A DNA stretch of 64,000 nucleotides from an uncultured virus (IMG/VR IMGVR_UViG_3300042145_000066) (taxonomy: Duplodnaviria > Heunggongvirae > Uroviricota > Caudoviricetes): IMG/VR virus record IMGVR_UViG_3300042145_000066; one strand, given 5' to 3'. Made by a program: the position numbers and the translations under genes. Below are positions 18,474 to 27,383 of this stretch, piece after piece. The notes below the pieces were generated by a model. That model was given only the letters and a program-made list of their open reading frames with translations. It ran no database searches and had not been told where the DNA came from. Numbering within the stretch: position 1 is the first letter of the stretch; each line of letters starts with the position of its first letter.

Positions 18474-18758
18474 ATGAGCGGCGAAACGTGGACCATCGAA
18501 CGCATCCGTGACGCCCTCGGCAACCCTGCCCTCGCCTCCCGCTTCCTCGGCGAGATCAACCGGGCGCCGGCGCACGAGCTCCTCGCCGTGTTCGCCCGCT
18601 GGGAGCGCATCGCGAAAGACACCGTCGCCGCCGTGGAACGCGGCCGGGAGATCGCAGCCGCGGAGGCCCTCGGGGAAGAGCCGGCCGGGGAGTGGATCGA
18701 CGGCACGGACCGTATCCAGCGGGTAGCTCAGCGAATCCATGCACAAGGCGCCGCCTGA
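18474..18758 (+). CDS. Putative antitoxin
   Basis: Small acidic helical protein (WTIERIRDAL...FLGEINRAP) directly upstream of a RelE-like gene. Confidence 0.6.
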   Translation: MSGETWTIERIRDALGNPALASRFLGEINRAPAHELLAVFARWERIAKDTVAAVERGREIAAAEALGEEPAGEWIDGTDRIQRVAQRIHAQGAA

Positions 18759-18775
18759 CCTGATTGGCTGGCCGG

Positions 18776-19021
18776 GTGTACGAGCTGCGCTACGACCCGA
18801 CCATCGAAGCCGTGTGGGACTCCCTGCCCGACCAGGCCCGCGACGAATTCGACCGCGCCCTCCTCGACGCCTGCCAAGACCCCTACGGGACGACCGATCC
18901 TTACGGCATCGACGACGGGGTCACCCGCACCCTCGTACTCCAGCGCACCGTCGCCGTCCTCCTGATCAGTCACGCGCCGCGCAAGATCGTCCGCATTCTG
19001 CAGATCACCCACCTCGGGTGA
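18776..19021 (+). CDS. Putative RelE/ParE-fold toxin
   Basis: YELRY.P...AVWDSLP..AR.EF..AL...DPY...RTL....VRILQITHLG layout, about 80 aa. Confidence 0.6.
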   Translation: MYELRYDPTIEAVWDSLPDQARDEFDRALLDACQDPYGTTDPYGIDDGVTRTLVLQRTVAVLLISHAPRKIVRILQITHLG

Positions 19022-19030
19022 GCGCCAAGA

Positions 19031-19059
19031 AGCCCCCGACCGCAACCGTCGGTCGGGGG
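19031..19059. terminator. Bidirectional intrinsic terminator
   Basis: agcccccgaccg...cggtcgggggct between convergent genes. Confidence 0.7.
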
Positions 19060-19074
19060 CTCCTTCGCGTGCGG

Positions 19075-19863
19075 CTACGCGGCGCCGTCGAGCGGCAGCT
19101 GTAGCGGCCCCTCACCCCCCAGTCGACGGTGGAGGTACCGCAGGCCCTGAACCGTCACCCGGATCTGCTTCGACAGCGTCGGCTCGCCCGTGTGCGGATG
19201 GTTGTATGAGGTGGCCCGCTCGACCAGGTGGGCCGCGTGCTTCGCGTAGGGCACACCGTTGCGGTCGATCATCTCGAACTCGCGGATCGAGCGTAGCAGG
19301 CGGTTCTGGCCGGTCGAGATCGCGGTGTCACGGTTCAGGATGTGCGCGGCATCGCGCAGGCTGTAGTCGCCCGACGCGGAGGCGAGAACATCCCACGCCT
19401 GCGCCGCCGGCTCCAACTCCCGGACCTTCGACTCCAGCTGCTTGTTCTCGCGGACCTTGTCGAGGAGATGGACCAGTGCCTCCTCGTAGTCCTGGGGGAG
19501 GGCGGGGGCGGCTTGGGAGGTGGGCTCGGCCGAGTAGGAGCCGGTCTCGCGGATCTCCCGGAGGATCGCCTTCACGCGAGCTTTGATCGCCTTGGCGCCG
19601 GGGAGAGTGCTGCGGAAGATGAGCTCCCACATGCCGTCCTCGTAGATGACAGCGAGCCGCTGCCTACCTCCAGGGGTTTCGGCCAGGGCGAAACCCTTCT
19701 CAACGTCGTCCAGCAGGTCGAGCGCGTTCTTGGTCTGTCGGTAACCCATGGACTTCGCGAAGTCCGCGGCTACGGAGTACGGGGTGCCGTCTTCGGTGAG
19801 CCCGAAGCGGATGTCCGCCCCGGAGACGTCGAACACCGCGAGGGTGCTCGGGGGTGGGACCAT
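19075..19863 (-). CDS. BRO-N / Ant(KilAC) phage antirepressor
   Basis: IYEDGMWELIFRSTLPGAKAIK..ILREIRETGSY; LPQDYEEAL; YSLRDAAHIL..TGQNRL..VTVQGLRYL. Confidence 0.9.
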   Translation of the reverse strand: MVPPPSTLAVFDVSGADIRFGLTEDGTPYSVAADFAKSMGYRQTKNALDLLDDVEKGFALAETPGGRQRLAVIYEDGMWELIFRSTLPGAKAIKARVKAILREIRETGSYSAEPTSQAAPALPQDYEEALVHLLDKVRENKQLESKVRELEPAAQAWDVLASASGDYSLRDAAHILNRDTAISTGQNRLLRSIREFEMIDRNGVPYAKHAAHLVERATSYNHPHTGEPTLSKQIRVTVQGLRYLHRRLGGEGPLQLPLDGAA

Positions 19864-19959
19864 GGGCGTGGTCTCCGTTCTGTAGACACAGCGGATTGAT
19901 CGACTGGGCCCGCCCTGGACCGCCAAGTACCGGGCGGGCCCGCCGCATCTCACGGTAGC

Positions 19960-20044
19960 CCGTTCGGGGGCATCTCGCTACTAACTAGGGGCAACTAGGG
20001 GCGACTGTCTAGCTTCATGTGCCCCGAGTTGCCATACTGAGAGC
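19960..20044. promoter_or_regulatory. Divergent promoter/operator region
   Basis: AACTAGGGGC direct repeats, GGGGCA/TGCCCC boxes, CATACT -10 six nt before ATG 20045 (leaderless). Confidence 0.55.
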
Positions 20045-20473
20045 ATGACCACCGACCCGGCCTTCGACTTCCCGCGGCTCGCTGAACTCGCACGCAAGCG
20101 GCGGGCCGAACTCGGGCTCGCCCTCACAGACCACAACGCCAAACGCGGCGACATCTCCAAGCACACGTGGCAGCGCGTCGAAAAGGCCATGCCGATCCGC
20201 CAGACCAACTACGTGAAGATCGACCGAATGCTCCTATGGGGGCCCGGCAGCTGCATCCGCGTTCTCGAAGGAGGCGACCCGTGGCTGCCCAGAAATGACG
20301 CCGAGGTGCGGGGTGCGCAGAACGCCCCAGCCGCCCAGGAAGACGTCGAGGGTCGAGCGCGGGATGTCGTCCAGTTGGCGATCATTGCCACAGCCAAAGG
20401 CACCACCGCCGAACAGATCCGCGAGATCAGTGACCGAGTCGTCCAGGATCTGCGGGAGCGCGGAATCATCTAA
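20045..20473 (+). CDS. XRE-like HTH repressor
   Basis: RLAELARKRRAELGL...ISKHTWQRVEK...NYVKIDRMLLWGPGS. Confidence 0.75.
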   Translation: MTTDPAFDFPRLAELARKRRAELGLALTDHNAKRGDISKHTWQRVEKAMPIRQTNYVKIDRMLLWGPGSCIRVLEGGDPWLPRNDAEVRGAQNAPAAQEDVEGRARDVVQLAIIATAKGTTAEQIREISDRVVQDLRERGII

Positions 20474-20481
20474 GGGCAACA

Positions 20482-20521
20482 CGAAAGGCGCCCCCGGCCA
20501 CATGGCCGGGGGCGCCTTTCG
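20482..20521. terminator. Bidirectional intrinsic terminator
   Basis: cgaaaggcgcccccggcca..tggccgggggcgcctttcg perfect stem. Confidence 0.85.
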
Positions 20522-20530
20522 CGTGTCCGC

Positions 20531-22018
20531 CTATTTCCCGTACTGCCAGCCGCTGCCGGTCCCCCGGTACTCCGAGACCGGGATCGGCTGGACGCCCTCC
20601 CGCATCCTCGCGCGGTAGAGCAGTCCGTGCAGGTGGTCGACCTCGTGCATCACGAGCCGGGCCATGCCCCGCTCGAAGATGGTGATCCGCTCGGTGCCGT
20701 CGATGTCGACGTGCTCGACGCTGATCGCCAGCGGTCGGGGGACCTTGCCGCGGACGTCGAAGAAGCTCAGGCAGCCTTCGTACTGCTCGTCCGTCTCGGG
20801 TGACTCTTCGACGATGCGCGGGTTGAACAGGGTGATCAGTTGGCCGTCGGGGGAGCGGACGATGGCGGCGGCCCGGTCGATGCCGATCTGCGTGGCGGCG
20901 ACGCCCATGCCCTTGCCGAAGACGTGCACTTGCGAGGCGCGTTCGGCTGCGGAGACCAGCTCAGCGACCACTCGGCGGGCATCCTCGGCCTCGGTCGGCA
21001 GGTCGAAGGTGCGGGCCGTCTTGGTGAGGATCGGGTCGCCCTCTTGGACGATGCCGACGGCACGCATCCTCTCGCTCGCGGTCGCTTCGGGCTCCAGTAC
21101 CTGCAATGCATCCTCCTGGTTTGGGCGGGTTCGGAACTTCCATTCAAGCCGATAACGGGCATGCAGCGGGGGGTCTTCGGTAGACCAGGAGAAGATGCGC
21201 CGGCCGTCCTCTTCGGTGCGGCGGATCGCGGTGCGGAACGGCATCGCCTCGGCGGTCATGCTCGTCTCGGTGCCCCACGTCACAGGGTCGAGCTCGGCGG
21301 GGAAGTCGAGGCGGACGCTCATGCGTTGCGTCGGTAGGCGTACCGCGCGCTGGAACCAAGATCCCCACTTGTCGTCTCCGACGGTGTAGCTGTACTCCAG
21401 CCAGACGGACTCGCCGGGGTAGAGCGGGTACTGGCCGAAGAGCAGCCACAGCTCCTTGAAGGCGTCCCGGTCGTGTTTCACTCGCCATGTCAACGGCTCG
21501 CCGTCGATCGAGGCACTGAGGCCGATCTCCTCCCACGTCAGCGGATGATCGCGGTAGTGCTGGTTCGACCGCTCGGGGTCTCCCGGGTAGCGGTCCACGG
21601 AGATCCGGATCAGGTAGCGGGTCACCGGGTCGGGGGAGTCGTTGTACAGCCGGCGCCGCTGAGTGGCCCGGTAGCTGTGACCGTCGTAGTGGAGCGTCGT
21701 GTCCTCGTGCTCGACGATCAGGCTCGTCGCATGCGAGTCCTCGCCGTTCGACGCCGGGTGCGCCGTCGGGGCCGGGCGCCCTTGGGATTCCAGCTCCCGG
21801 AACGCGCGGCGCAGTGCCCCGCCAGCGTTCAGGACGTTGTCGGCCTGGTTGGCGAAGGCTGCCGACGGCGTGAGCTGGCCCCCCTCGACCTTCGAGACGT
21901 AGGAGGGCGTGTAGCCGACCTTGCTGGCGAGAGCGGACTGCGAGAGCCCTCGCACGTCGCGCCAGTACTTCAGCTCAGCGATGAACGCCTCGGCTGCTGC
22001 CTGCTGCTGCTCGGGCAT
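20531..22018 (-). CDS. XRE-HTH / beta-rich domain / peptide deformylase fusion
   Basis: N-term LSQSALASKVGYTPSYVSKVEGG; C-term PDF motifs GMGVAATQ, EGCLS, HEVDHLHG. Confidence 0.9.
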   Translation of the reverse strand: MPEQQQAAAEAFIAELKYWRDVRGLSQSALASKVGYTPSYVSKVEGGQLTPSAAFANQADNVLNAGGALRRAFRELESQGRPAPTAHPASNGEDSHATSLIVEHEDTTLHYDGHSYRATQRRRLYNDSPDPVTRYLIRISVDRYPGDPERSNQHYRDHPLTWEEIGLSASIDGEPLTWRVKHDRDAFKELWLLFGQYPLYPGESVWLEYSYTVGDDKWGSWFQRAVRLPTQRMSVRLDFPAELDPVTWGTETSMTAEAMPFRTAIRRTEEDGRRIFSWSTEDPPLHARYRLEWKFRTRPNQEDALQVLEPEATASERMRAVGIVQEGDPILTKTARTFDLPTEAEDARRVVAELVSAAERASQVHVFGKGMGVAATQIGIDRAAAIVRSPDGQLITLFNPRIVEESPETDEQYEGCLSFFDVRGKVPRPLAISVEHVDIDGTERITIFERGMARLVMHEVDHLHGLLYRARMREGVQPIPVSEYRGTGSGWQYGK

Positions 22019-22153
22019 GGCTCCCCTGCCTGTGCCTGTGATTGAGCTATGAGTGATCGACTCTCAGGCTGTAATCACGGGAGCCACCTGACCTTTCCTG
22101 TAACTCGGAAGGAGGTGGCCCGGTGTCGATGCAGCCTGAGAGCCCAGAACGGC

Positions 22154-22402
22154 TTACGAATCACCGCCTGATGCCTGCTCGCGTGCAGCGTCGATTTCGT
22201 CAGCAATCTTCCGCGCCCACTCCCGGCTGTACGGGGTGTGCTCGGCGATCGCAGTCAGGGGCACGCCGGCCGCTCGCGCATCCGCAACCAGCTCGTCTAG
22301 GCGCTTCCGGCTCGCCTCATGGGCGGCCGTGGCGCGGTCGAGCTTGCGCAGCCATGGCTGTCTGTCGCGGTCATCGAGGAGCTTCTCGGGCCTTCCTGTC
22401 AT
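22154..22402 (-). CDS. Small HTH regulator divergent from transfer operon (Kor-like position)
   Basis: ARAAGVPLTAIAEHTPYSREWARKI. Confidence 0.7.
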   Translation of the reverse strand: MTGRPEKLLDDRDRQPWLRKLDRATAAHEASRKRLDELVADARAAGVPLTAIAEHTPYSREWARKIADEIDAAREQASGGDS

Positions 22403-22424
22403 ACCGCGCATCGTCTCACGGCTG

Positions 22425-22560
22425 GCCGCCAACTGAATAGGCGCCCCGCCTCAAGATTCACTGCCAACTGTGTTGCACTCAGGGCCCGGGTCGTGCACTA
22501 TGGAACTGCCAACAAACTTGGCGGTCCCGCCCGGTGCTCCAACACCGGAACGGGACCTAG
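22425..22560. promoter_or_regulatory. Transfer-operon promoter with operator repeats and leader hairpin
   Basis: GCCAAC x3; GCCAA-N5-TTGGC; TTGCAC-17-CACTAT; hairpin ggtcccg..ccggtgctccaacaccgg..cgggacc. Confidence 0.55.
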
Positions 22561-22590
22561 GTGCGACCCCTGCGAGAGAGGGAATCGACC

Positions 22591-23052
22591 ATGACCACAA
22601 CCGTACCCCAGCCCAACACGGGCACCGTTCACCCCTTCCCGGCGGTCAAGCCGGGCTACCGTCTGGTGCCCGCACTGATCGGCACCCGGAAGAGCGCGCA
22701 CACCGCGTGGATCCCCTGCCCGGCTTGGTGCTCGGGCGGCCACCTCGACGCCCCGACGATGTTCGAGGACATCACGCACACGTCGGCGTCCGAGGACGTG
22801 GGGATCTCCAGCTTCCTCAAGCCGGACGGCTCGCTGCTCATGTACGCAATGCTGCAGGCCGACCCGGCGTCGACGGACGAGCGGCTGCGTCAGGCGCACA
22901 TCGGCATTGAGGCCGGCGACATGCCGGAGTACCACACGCCGGACATGGCGGAGGCGTTCGCCGACGACCTGGAGCGGTTCGCGTCGCAGCTGCGCCGCCT
23001 TGCGGCCACCGCCCGTCTGCACAACGAGCACGCAGCGGCGGTGGCGGCATGA
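22591..23052 (+). CDS. Hypothetical protein (CPxWC..H motif, DUF6907-like)
   Basis: PCPAWCSGGH...DITH; TPDMAEAFADDL. Confidence 0.7.
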   Translation: MTTTVPQPNTGTVHPFPAVKPGYRLVPALIGTRKSAHTAWIPCPAWCSGGHLDAPTMFEDITHTSASEDVGISSFLKPDGSLLMYAMLQADPASTDERLRQAHIGIEAGDMPEYHTPDMAEAFADDLERFASQLRRLAATARLHNEHAAAVAA

Positions 23053-23360
23053 GCACCCCGGTCACCAACCCCGTGATCGCGGAGCAGCACCGTATCGAGC
23101 GCGTCGTCGCCGGCCTCCGGAATGGCGAGTCGACGGTCATCAATGGCACCCCGGTCACCGCGATCAGCCTGTCTGTGGCGGAGGCACTGACCCGCCACGA
23201 GATCGCCTCGCAGCGCACGGCCGAGCTGTCCGGGCTGATGGACTCCCGTGACCTGTCGCCGGCCGAGTTCGGGTCGCTGGAGCTGGCGCAGGACACGATG
23301 CGCCAGGCCCGTGCCACCCTCTCCGCTGCCGGTCACCTGGACCTGATCGGGGCCGCGTGA
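23049..23360 (+). CDS. Hypothetical protein
   Basis: Coupled ATGA/GTGA. Confidence 0.65.
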   Translation: MSTPVTNPVIAEQHRIERVVAGLRNGESTVINGTPVTAISLSVAEALTRHEIASQRTAELSGLMDSRDLSPAEFGSLELAQDTMRQARATLSAAGHLDLIGAA

Positions 23361-23728
23361 TGGCTGACGACCACAGCAAGACGAAGGACGAGCTTCCCCA
23401 GCGTCCTCGTGGCGGGCACCCGTACCGGACGGCTGAGCTTCCGCCGCTGCCGAGGAACACACGTTCCCGCCGCCGCATCCTCCGCGTGCGGGGCTGGCTG
23501 GTCGCTGTGGCTGCCGTTGCTGCGTTCGCCGCGACCGCCTGCCAGCCCGCCCAGGGCCCGGCGGGGAAGGTGATCGACCGGGACAAGACGTACTGGTCGG
23601 CGACGAAGCAGTGGACGTACAGGCTGACCGTCCGCAAGCCCGACGGCGCTGAGGTCGACTTCCGTGTGAAGCGTGCCGTGTACCGGTCCTGCTCCGAGGG
23701 TGCTGCCTACCCGAGGTGTGCTTCGTGA
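23357..23728 (+). CDS. Putative lipoprotein/secreted protein
   Basis: Hydrophobic stretch ending ATAC; YRSC..G.YPRC. Confidence 0.55.
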   Translation: MMADDHSKTKDELPQRPRGGHPYRTAELPPLPRNTRSRRRILRVRGWLVAVAAVAAFAATACQPAQGPAGKVIDRDKTYWSATKQWTYRLTVRKPDGAEVDFRVKRAVYRSCSEGAAYPRCAS

Positions 23729-23914
23729 GCACCGCCGACTACGAACGCCTGCTCCGCAAGCTCCGCGAGACGAACCACCGCAGCGAGCACCCGACCCGCT
23801 GACCCCCAAGCCGCCGCGTCGGCGGAGAAATCCGATCCCCCACGGCACCCGCCGGCGCGGCTCCCACTTCGCACCACCCATCCATCCCGGCATGACCAAC
23901 CGAGGAGATCAGCC

Positions 23915-24142
23915 ATGCCCGAGAACACCACCCCCCAGCCGACCCACCACTACGTCCTCACGCTGCAGATGCAGCAGCGTTCCTCGACGGCCGTCGCGAC
24001 CTTCACCGCGGCCGTGACCCCGCCTGCCGGATGGACCCGGGAGCAGTTCTACAAGGGGCTCTACACGGAACTGACCACGAAGTACGAGCACCTGGCCGGG
24101 GCAAACACACTCTTCTTCGCCCTGGAACCGAACCAGCTCTAA
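23915..24142 (+). CDS. Small conserved mobile-element protein
   Basis: AGGAG RBS; HHYVLTLQ...LFFALEPNQL. Confidence 0.7.
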   Translation: MPENTTPQPTHHYVLTLQMQQRSSTAVATFTAAVTPPAGWTREQFYKGLYTELTTKYEHLAGANTLFFALEPNQL

Positions 24143-24183
24143 GCCTCCACACCCACATCCCACTGCATTCGAAAGGCACCCCC

Positions 24184-24414
24184 ATGTCTCCGTTCCTGTT
24201 CTCTGCCGACTTCGCCGTCACCGAACTCGGCCGCAAGGCCCGCGCCGCTACCACGGTCGCTGAGGTGTCCGTGCTGTCCATCAGCGACTTGTTCGCCGTC
24301 TACGGTGCCGCGGTAGCGAGGGGCGACACGGTGCGGGTGGCGGAGATCCGCCTCGGCGCCGACCCGGAGCTGCTGGCCGCACTCGACGGCTTCGACTACC
24401 CGGCCGCCGCGTGA
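24184..24414 (+). CDS. Small hypothetical protein
   Basis: GAAAGG RBS. Confidence 0.55.
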   Translation: MSPFLFSADFAVTELGRKARAATTVAEVSVLSISDLFAVYGAAVARGDTVRVAEIRLGADPELLAALDGFDYPAAA

Positions 24415-24581
24415 TGGCCGACCGTCAGCCGTCGGTGGATGACGTGGTTGCGGCCGGGGCGTGCGGTAAGTCCCCGGAGCTGATCGCCGCTGTCCGCGCG
24501 TTCTGGTCGGACCCGCAGCGGCAGGCCGAGGCGGCGGCGGCGCGGGAAGACCACCAGGCCCGGCCGACGGCAGCCACCTGA
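24414..24581 (+). CDS. Small hypothetical protein
   Basis: TGATG coupling, followed by hairpin. Confidence 0.45.
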   Translation: MADRQPSVDDVVAAGACGKSPELIAAVRAFWSDPQRQAEAAAAREDHQARPTAAT

Positions 24582-24722
24582 GCCGCCGGGCGGCGGCACA
24601 TTCCCCCAGCCGCCGCCCGGCATCCCTGGCCCTGCCGGAAGCCGCATCGCCTACATCCCCCGGTGCGGCGCCCAGCACGACCAGCACCCACCCCACCAAC
24701 TAACCCGGAAGGACACCCGCCC

Positions 24723-24947
24723 ATGGCACGCAAGGTCCACGTCACCCACATCCAGACCTCCGCCGACCGAGCAGCCGGAAACACCGGCGAGTCCTACAGC
24801 GAACACGTCGCCGCAGCCGACGACCGCCGCCGCAAGGAAGCCGCCGACGCCAAGGAGAAGTCCCGCAGCGACAAGACCTACGGCCTCGCCCTCGACGGCA
24901 GCGGCACCTACACGCCGGCGCCCAGGTGGCCCTGGATCCGCCGCTGA
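24723..24947 (+). CDS. Small hypothetical protein
   Basis: GAAGGA RBS. Confidence 0.6.
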   Translation: MARKVHVTHIQTSADRAAGNTGESYSEHVAAADDRRRKEAADAKEKSRSDKTYGLALDGSGTYTPAPRWPWIRR

Positions 24948-24983
24948 CCGGCTGCCGCCCCGACCATCCCCGAGAGGAATCCG

Positions 24984-25280
24984 ATGCGCCCGTATCTGAT
25001 CACCGCGAAGCCTGGCCGGCTCCATCGTGCCGCCTCCTGGGCTGGCCGGTGGGCGCTGAAGTCCCTCGCCCTGGCCGTGATGGCCGTCCTCGGCACGGTC
25101 GTGCTCGTCGTGCGATGCGCCAGGCCGGTCATCAACTACACCGCAACCCGGGCGGCCTGGCTGGAGCTGTGGGCGGCGTCGGTGACCGGGATCGGCCCGG
25201 TCGGGGCGGCCGTCGGCTCCGGCCTGACCGACGAGTTCATCCGCGAATTCCACAAGGCGCGCACCGGCGCACCCGCCTAG
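24984..25280 (+). CDS. Small membrane protein (Spd-like)
   Basis: GAGGA RBS; TM segment. Confidence 0.65.
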   Translation: MRPYLITAKPGRLHRAASWAGRWALKSLALAVMAVLGTVVLVVRCARPVINYTATRAAWLELWAASVTGIGPVGAAVGSGLTDEFIREFHKARTGAPA

Positions 25281-25293
25281 AGAGGAGCCCGTC

Positions 25294-25563
25294 ATGGGCT
25301 GGCTGACCCCGAAGTACCCGAAGTCTGACACCCCCGGCGCCACCACCCCCGCTCCGGCGCCTAGGCGTGAGCGTCGCGCCACCACACGGCAGCCGGTCGA
25401 TCACAGCAGCATCGGCGAGTCCGACATCCGCGAGTACGAGCGCCGCGGCTGGAAGGTCGAGCGCCGCTCCCGGCACGTCATCGTCGAGCGGACAACCGAG
25501 ACCGGCGGCAGCGAGATGCGGTCCTTCACCGTCCTCGGCAACGGCCGCTACGGGAAGCGGTGA
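25294..25563 (+). CDS. Hypothetical protein
   Basis: GAGGAG RBS. Confidence 0.6.
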   Translation: MGWLTPKYPKSDTPGATTPAPAPRRERRATTRQPVDHSSIGESDIREYERRGWKVERRSRHVIVERTTETGGSEMRSFTVLGNGRYGKR

Positions 25564-25568
25564 CCCGC

Positions 25569-25781
25569 ATGCCGATCACGTTCCGCAAGAGCTTCCGGAT
25601 CCTGCCCGGGGTCCGCTTGAACATCAACCGCAAGTCGTGGTCGATCACGGTCGGGGCTCGCAAGGGGCCGACGTGGACGCGGAGTTCGACCGGCCGCGAC
25701 ACCTTCTCCGCCGATCTCCCCGGCGGCTTCGGCTACCGCACCACCCGCACCCGACGCACCCGACGCAGCCGAGAGGGCTGA
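25569..25781 (+). CDS. DUF4236-like protein
   Basis: FRKSFRILPGVRLNINRKSWSITVG...LPGG.GYR. Confidence 0.75.
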   Translation: MPITFRKSFRILPGVRLNINRKSWSITVGARKGPTWTRSSTGRDTFSADLPGGFGYRTTRTRRTRRSREG

Positions 25782-25783
25782 TC

Positions 25784-25981
25784 ATGCGCTTCCTGTACGA
25801 ACTCTTCGCCGCCTTCCCGGCCCTGGTTGCTGGGCTGACCGTCGGCAACGTCGTCGCTTCCCTGGACGCCCCGTTCCCGTGGCCGCTGCTCGCGGCGCTC
25901 GCCGTGACCCTCGGTGCCGTGTACGTCCTCGACAACCTGATCGACACCCTCGTCGCCCACCGCGCCGCACGCCGCGGCTGA
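25784..25981 (+). CDS. Two-TM small membrane protein
   Basis: GAGGG RBS, hydrophobic. Confidence 0.65.
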   Translation: MRFLYELFAAFPALVAGLTVGNVVASLDAPFPWPLLAALAVTLGAVYVLDNLIDTLVAHRAARRG

Positions 25982-26003
25982 CCCGAAAGGACACCGAACC
26001 GCC

Positions 26004-27383
26004 ATGACCGCCAGCCCGCCGAAGGCCAACGGCAGCACCAGGCCGCGCACGCCCCTGCAGTTCGCGGACTGGCGCATCACGCCCGACCCCGCAGTCGAGG
26101 AACAGGGCAGCCCCCAGCCCGAGCCGGCCACCACGCCGGACCTGATCGCTGAGGCGCAGGCCGAGGCCATCCGCGCACAGGCGTGGGCCGACGCCGAGAA
26201 GGAGCGACTCGCCGCCGAGGCGAAGAAGGAAGCCGACCTCAAGCTCGCCGCCGCCGAGGCTGAGGCGATCCGCGTCAAGGCAGAGGAGGAGGCCCGCAAG
26301 CAGAAGATCGCCAACGACAAGGCTGAGGCCCGCGCCCGCGAGGAGCAGGAGGCACGCGAGACCCGCATCGCCAAGCTCAAGCGTCAGCGCGAAGACGAGG
26401 AGCGCGCCGCCCGCGAGGCTGAGAAGCAGGCCGCTGCCGAGGATCAAGCCGAGGCAGCGAAGGCCGCCGAGGTCGCTGCTGCCGAGGAGCAATGGCGGCA
26501 GTACGCACTGCGGTTCTACGCCGTCTGCTCTGTCGTTGCCCTGCCGGTACAGGTGGCGGCGTTCTACAACCCGAACGCCCTCTGGCTGATGGCCGCTCCG
26601 CTCATGCTCGAAGGCGGTGCGTGGGTCGTCCTTAAGGGCGCTAAGGCTGCTGCAGCGGACCACCGCCCGCATTGGCACTACCGGCTCATCGCCTGGGTGC
26701 TCGCGTTCATCGCCGCGGCCATCAACCTGTGGCACGGCCTCCACGCCTTCGACCCCGCCACCGCGATCGGCACCGCCTTCGCGTCCATTGCCGGCCCCGG
26801 CGTGTACGACCTTCACGAGCACGGCCAGATCCGCAAGCGGGATGGCGTACCCACCCGCCGGGAGCGGAAGGCCGCCGAGAAGGCGGCCAAGGAAGAGGTC
26901 AAGCAGAAGGCGGCCGAGGAGGCGCGGGAGCGCGCCGAGAAGGAGGCCGCAGACGCGGCCGCCGAGGAGGCTCGCAAGACGCTCGCCGAGGACCGACAGC
27001 GAGAGTTCGAGGACGTCTGGTCCGAGGCCGTGAAGATCGCTGCCGCGGTCGGATCGACAACCGACGACAGCGCCGTGTGGGTCCGCGCCTACCGCAACAT
27101 CAAGGGCTGCGACCCGGGCGAGTCGATCGAGTCCATCACCGCCCGCCGGGCCGCCGAGAAGCGCGTCCAAGCAGCCCTCACCGGCACCCCCGTCAACACC
27201 CTCAGCAAGACCAGGTCGTCGCAGGTCGATCAACAAATGCCTGCCCGGCCGCGCCGTGGTCACGCAGGGGGCCCGAAGGTGCGCGGAGTGCGACGTCCGA
27301 ACGACACCCAGCGGTACAGCAGCGGAGCCCGCAACCAGATGGCTGTGGCGGCCAAGAACAGCACGCGTAAGGAGTCGAAGTGA
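26004..27383 (+). CDS. SpdB-like (DUF2637-like) multi-TM coiled-coil spreading protein
   Basis: EAK-rich coiled coils flanking four TM helices, upstream of TraB. Confidence 0.7.
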   Translation: MTASPPKANGSTRPRTPLQFADWRITPDPAVEEQGSPQPEPATTPDLIAEAQAEAIRAQAWADAEKERLAAEAKKEADLKLAAAEAEAIRVKAEEEARKQKIANDKAEARAREEQEARETRIAKLKRQREDEERAAREAEKQAAAEDQAEAAKAAEVAAAEEQWRQYALRFYAVCSVVALPVQVAAFYNPNALWLMAAPLMLEGGAWVVLKGAKAAAADHRPHWHYRLIAWVLAFIAAAINLWHGLHAFDPATAIGTAFASIAGPGVYDLHEHGQIRKRDGVPTRRERKAAEKAAKEEVKQKAAEEARERAEKEAADAAAEEARKTLAEDRQREFEDVWSEAVKIAAAVGSTTDDSAVWVRAYRNIKGCDPGESIESITARRAAEKRVQAALTGTPVNTLSKTRSSQVDQQMPARPRRGHAGGPKVRGVRRPNDTQRYSSGARNQMAVAAKNSTRKESK

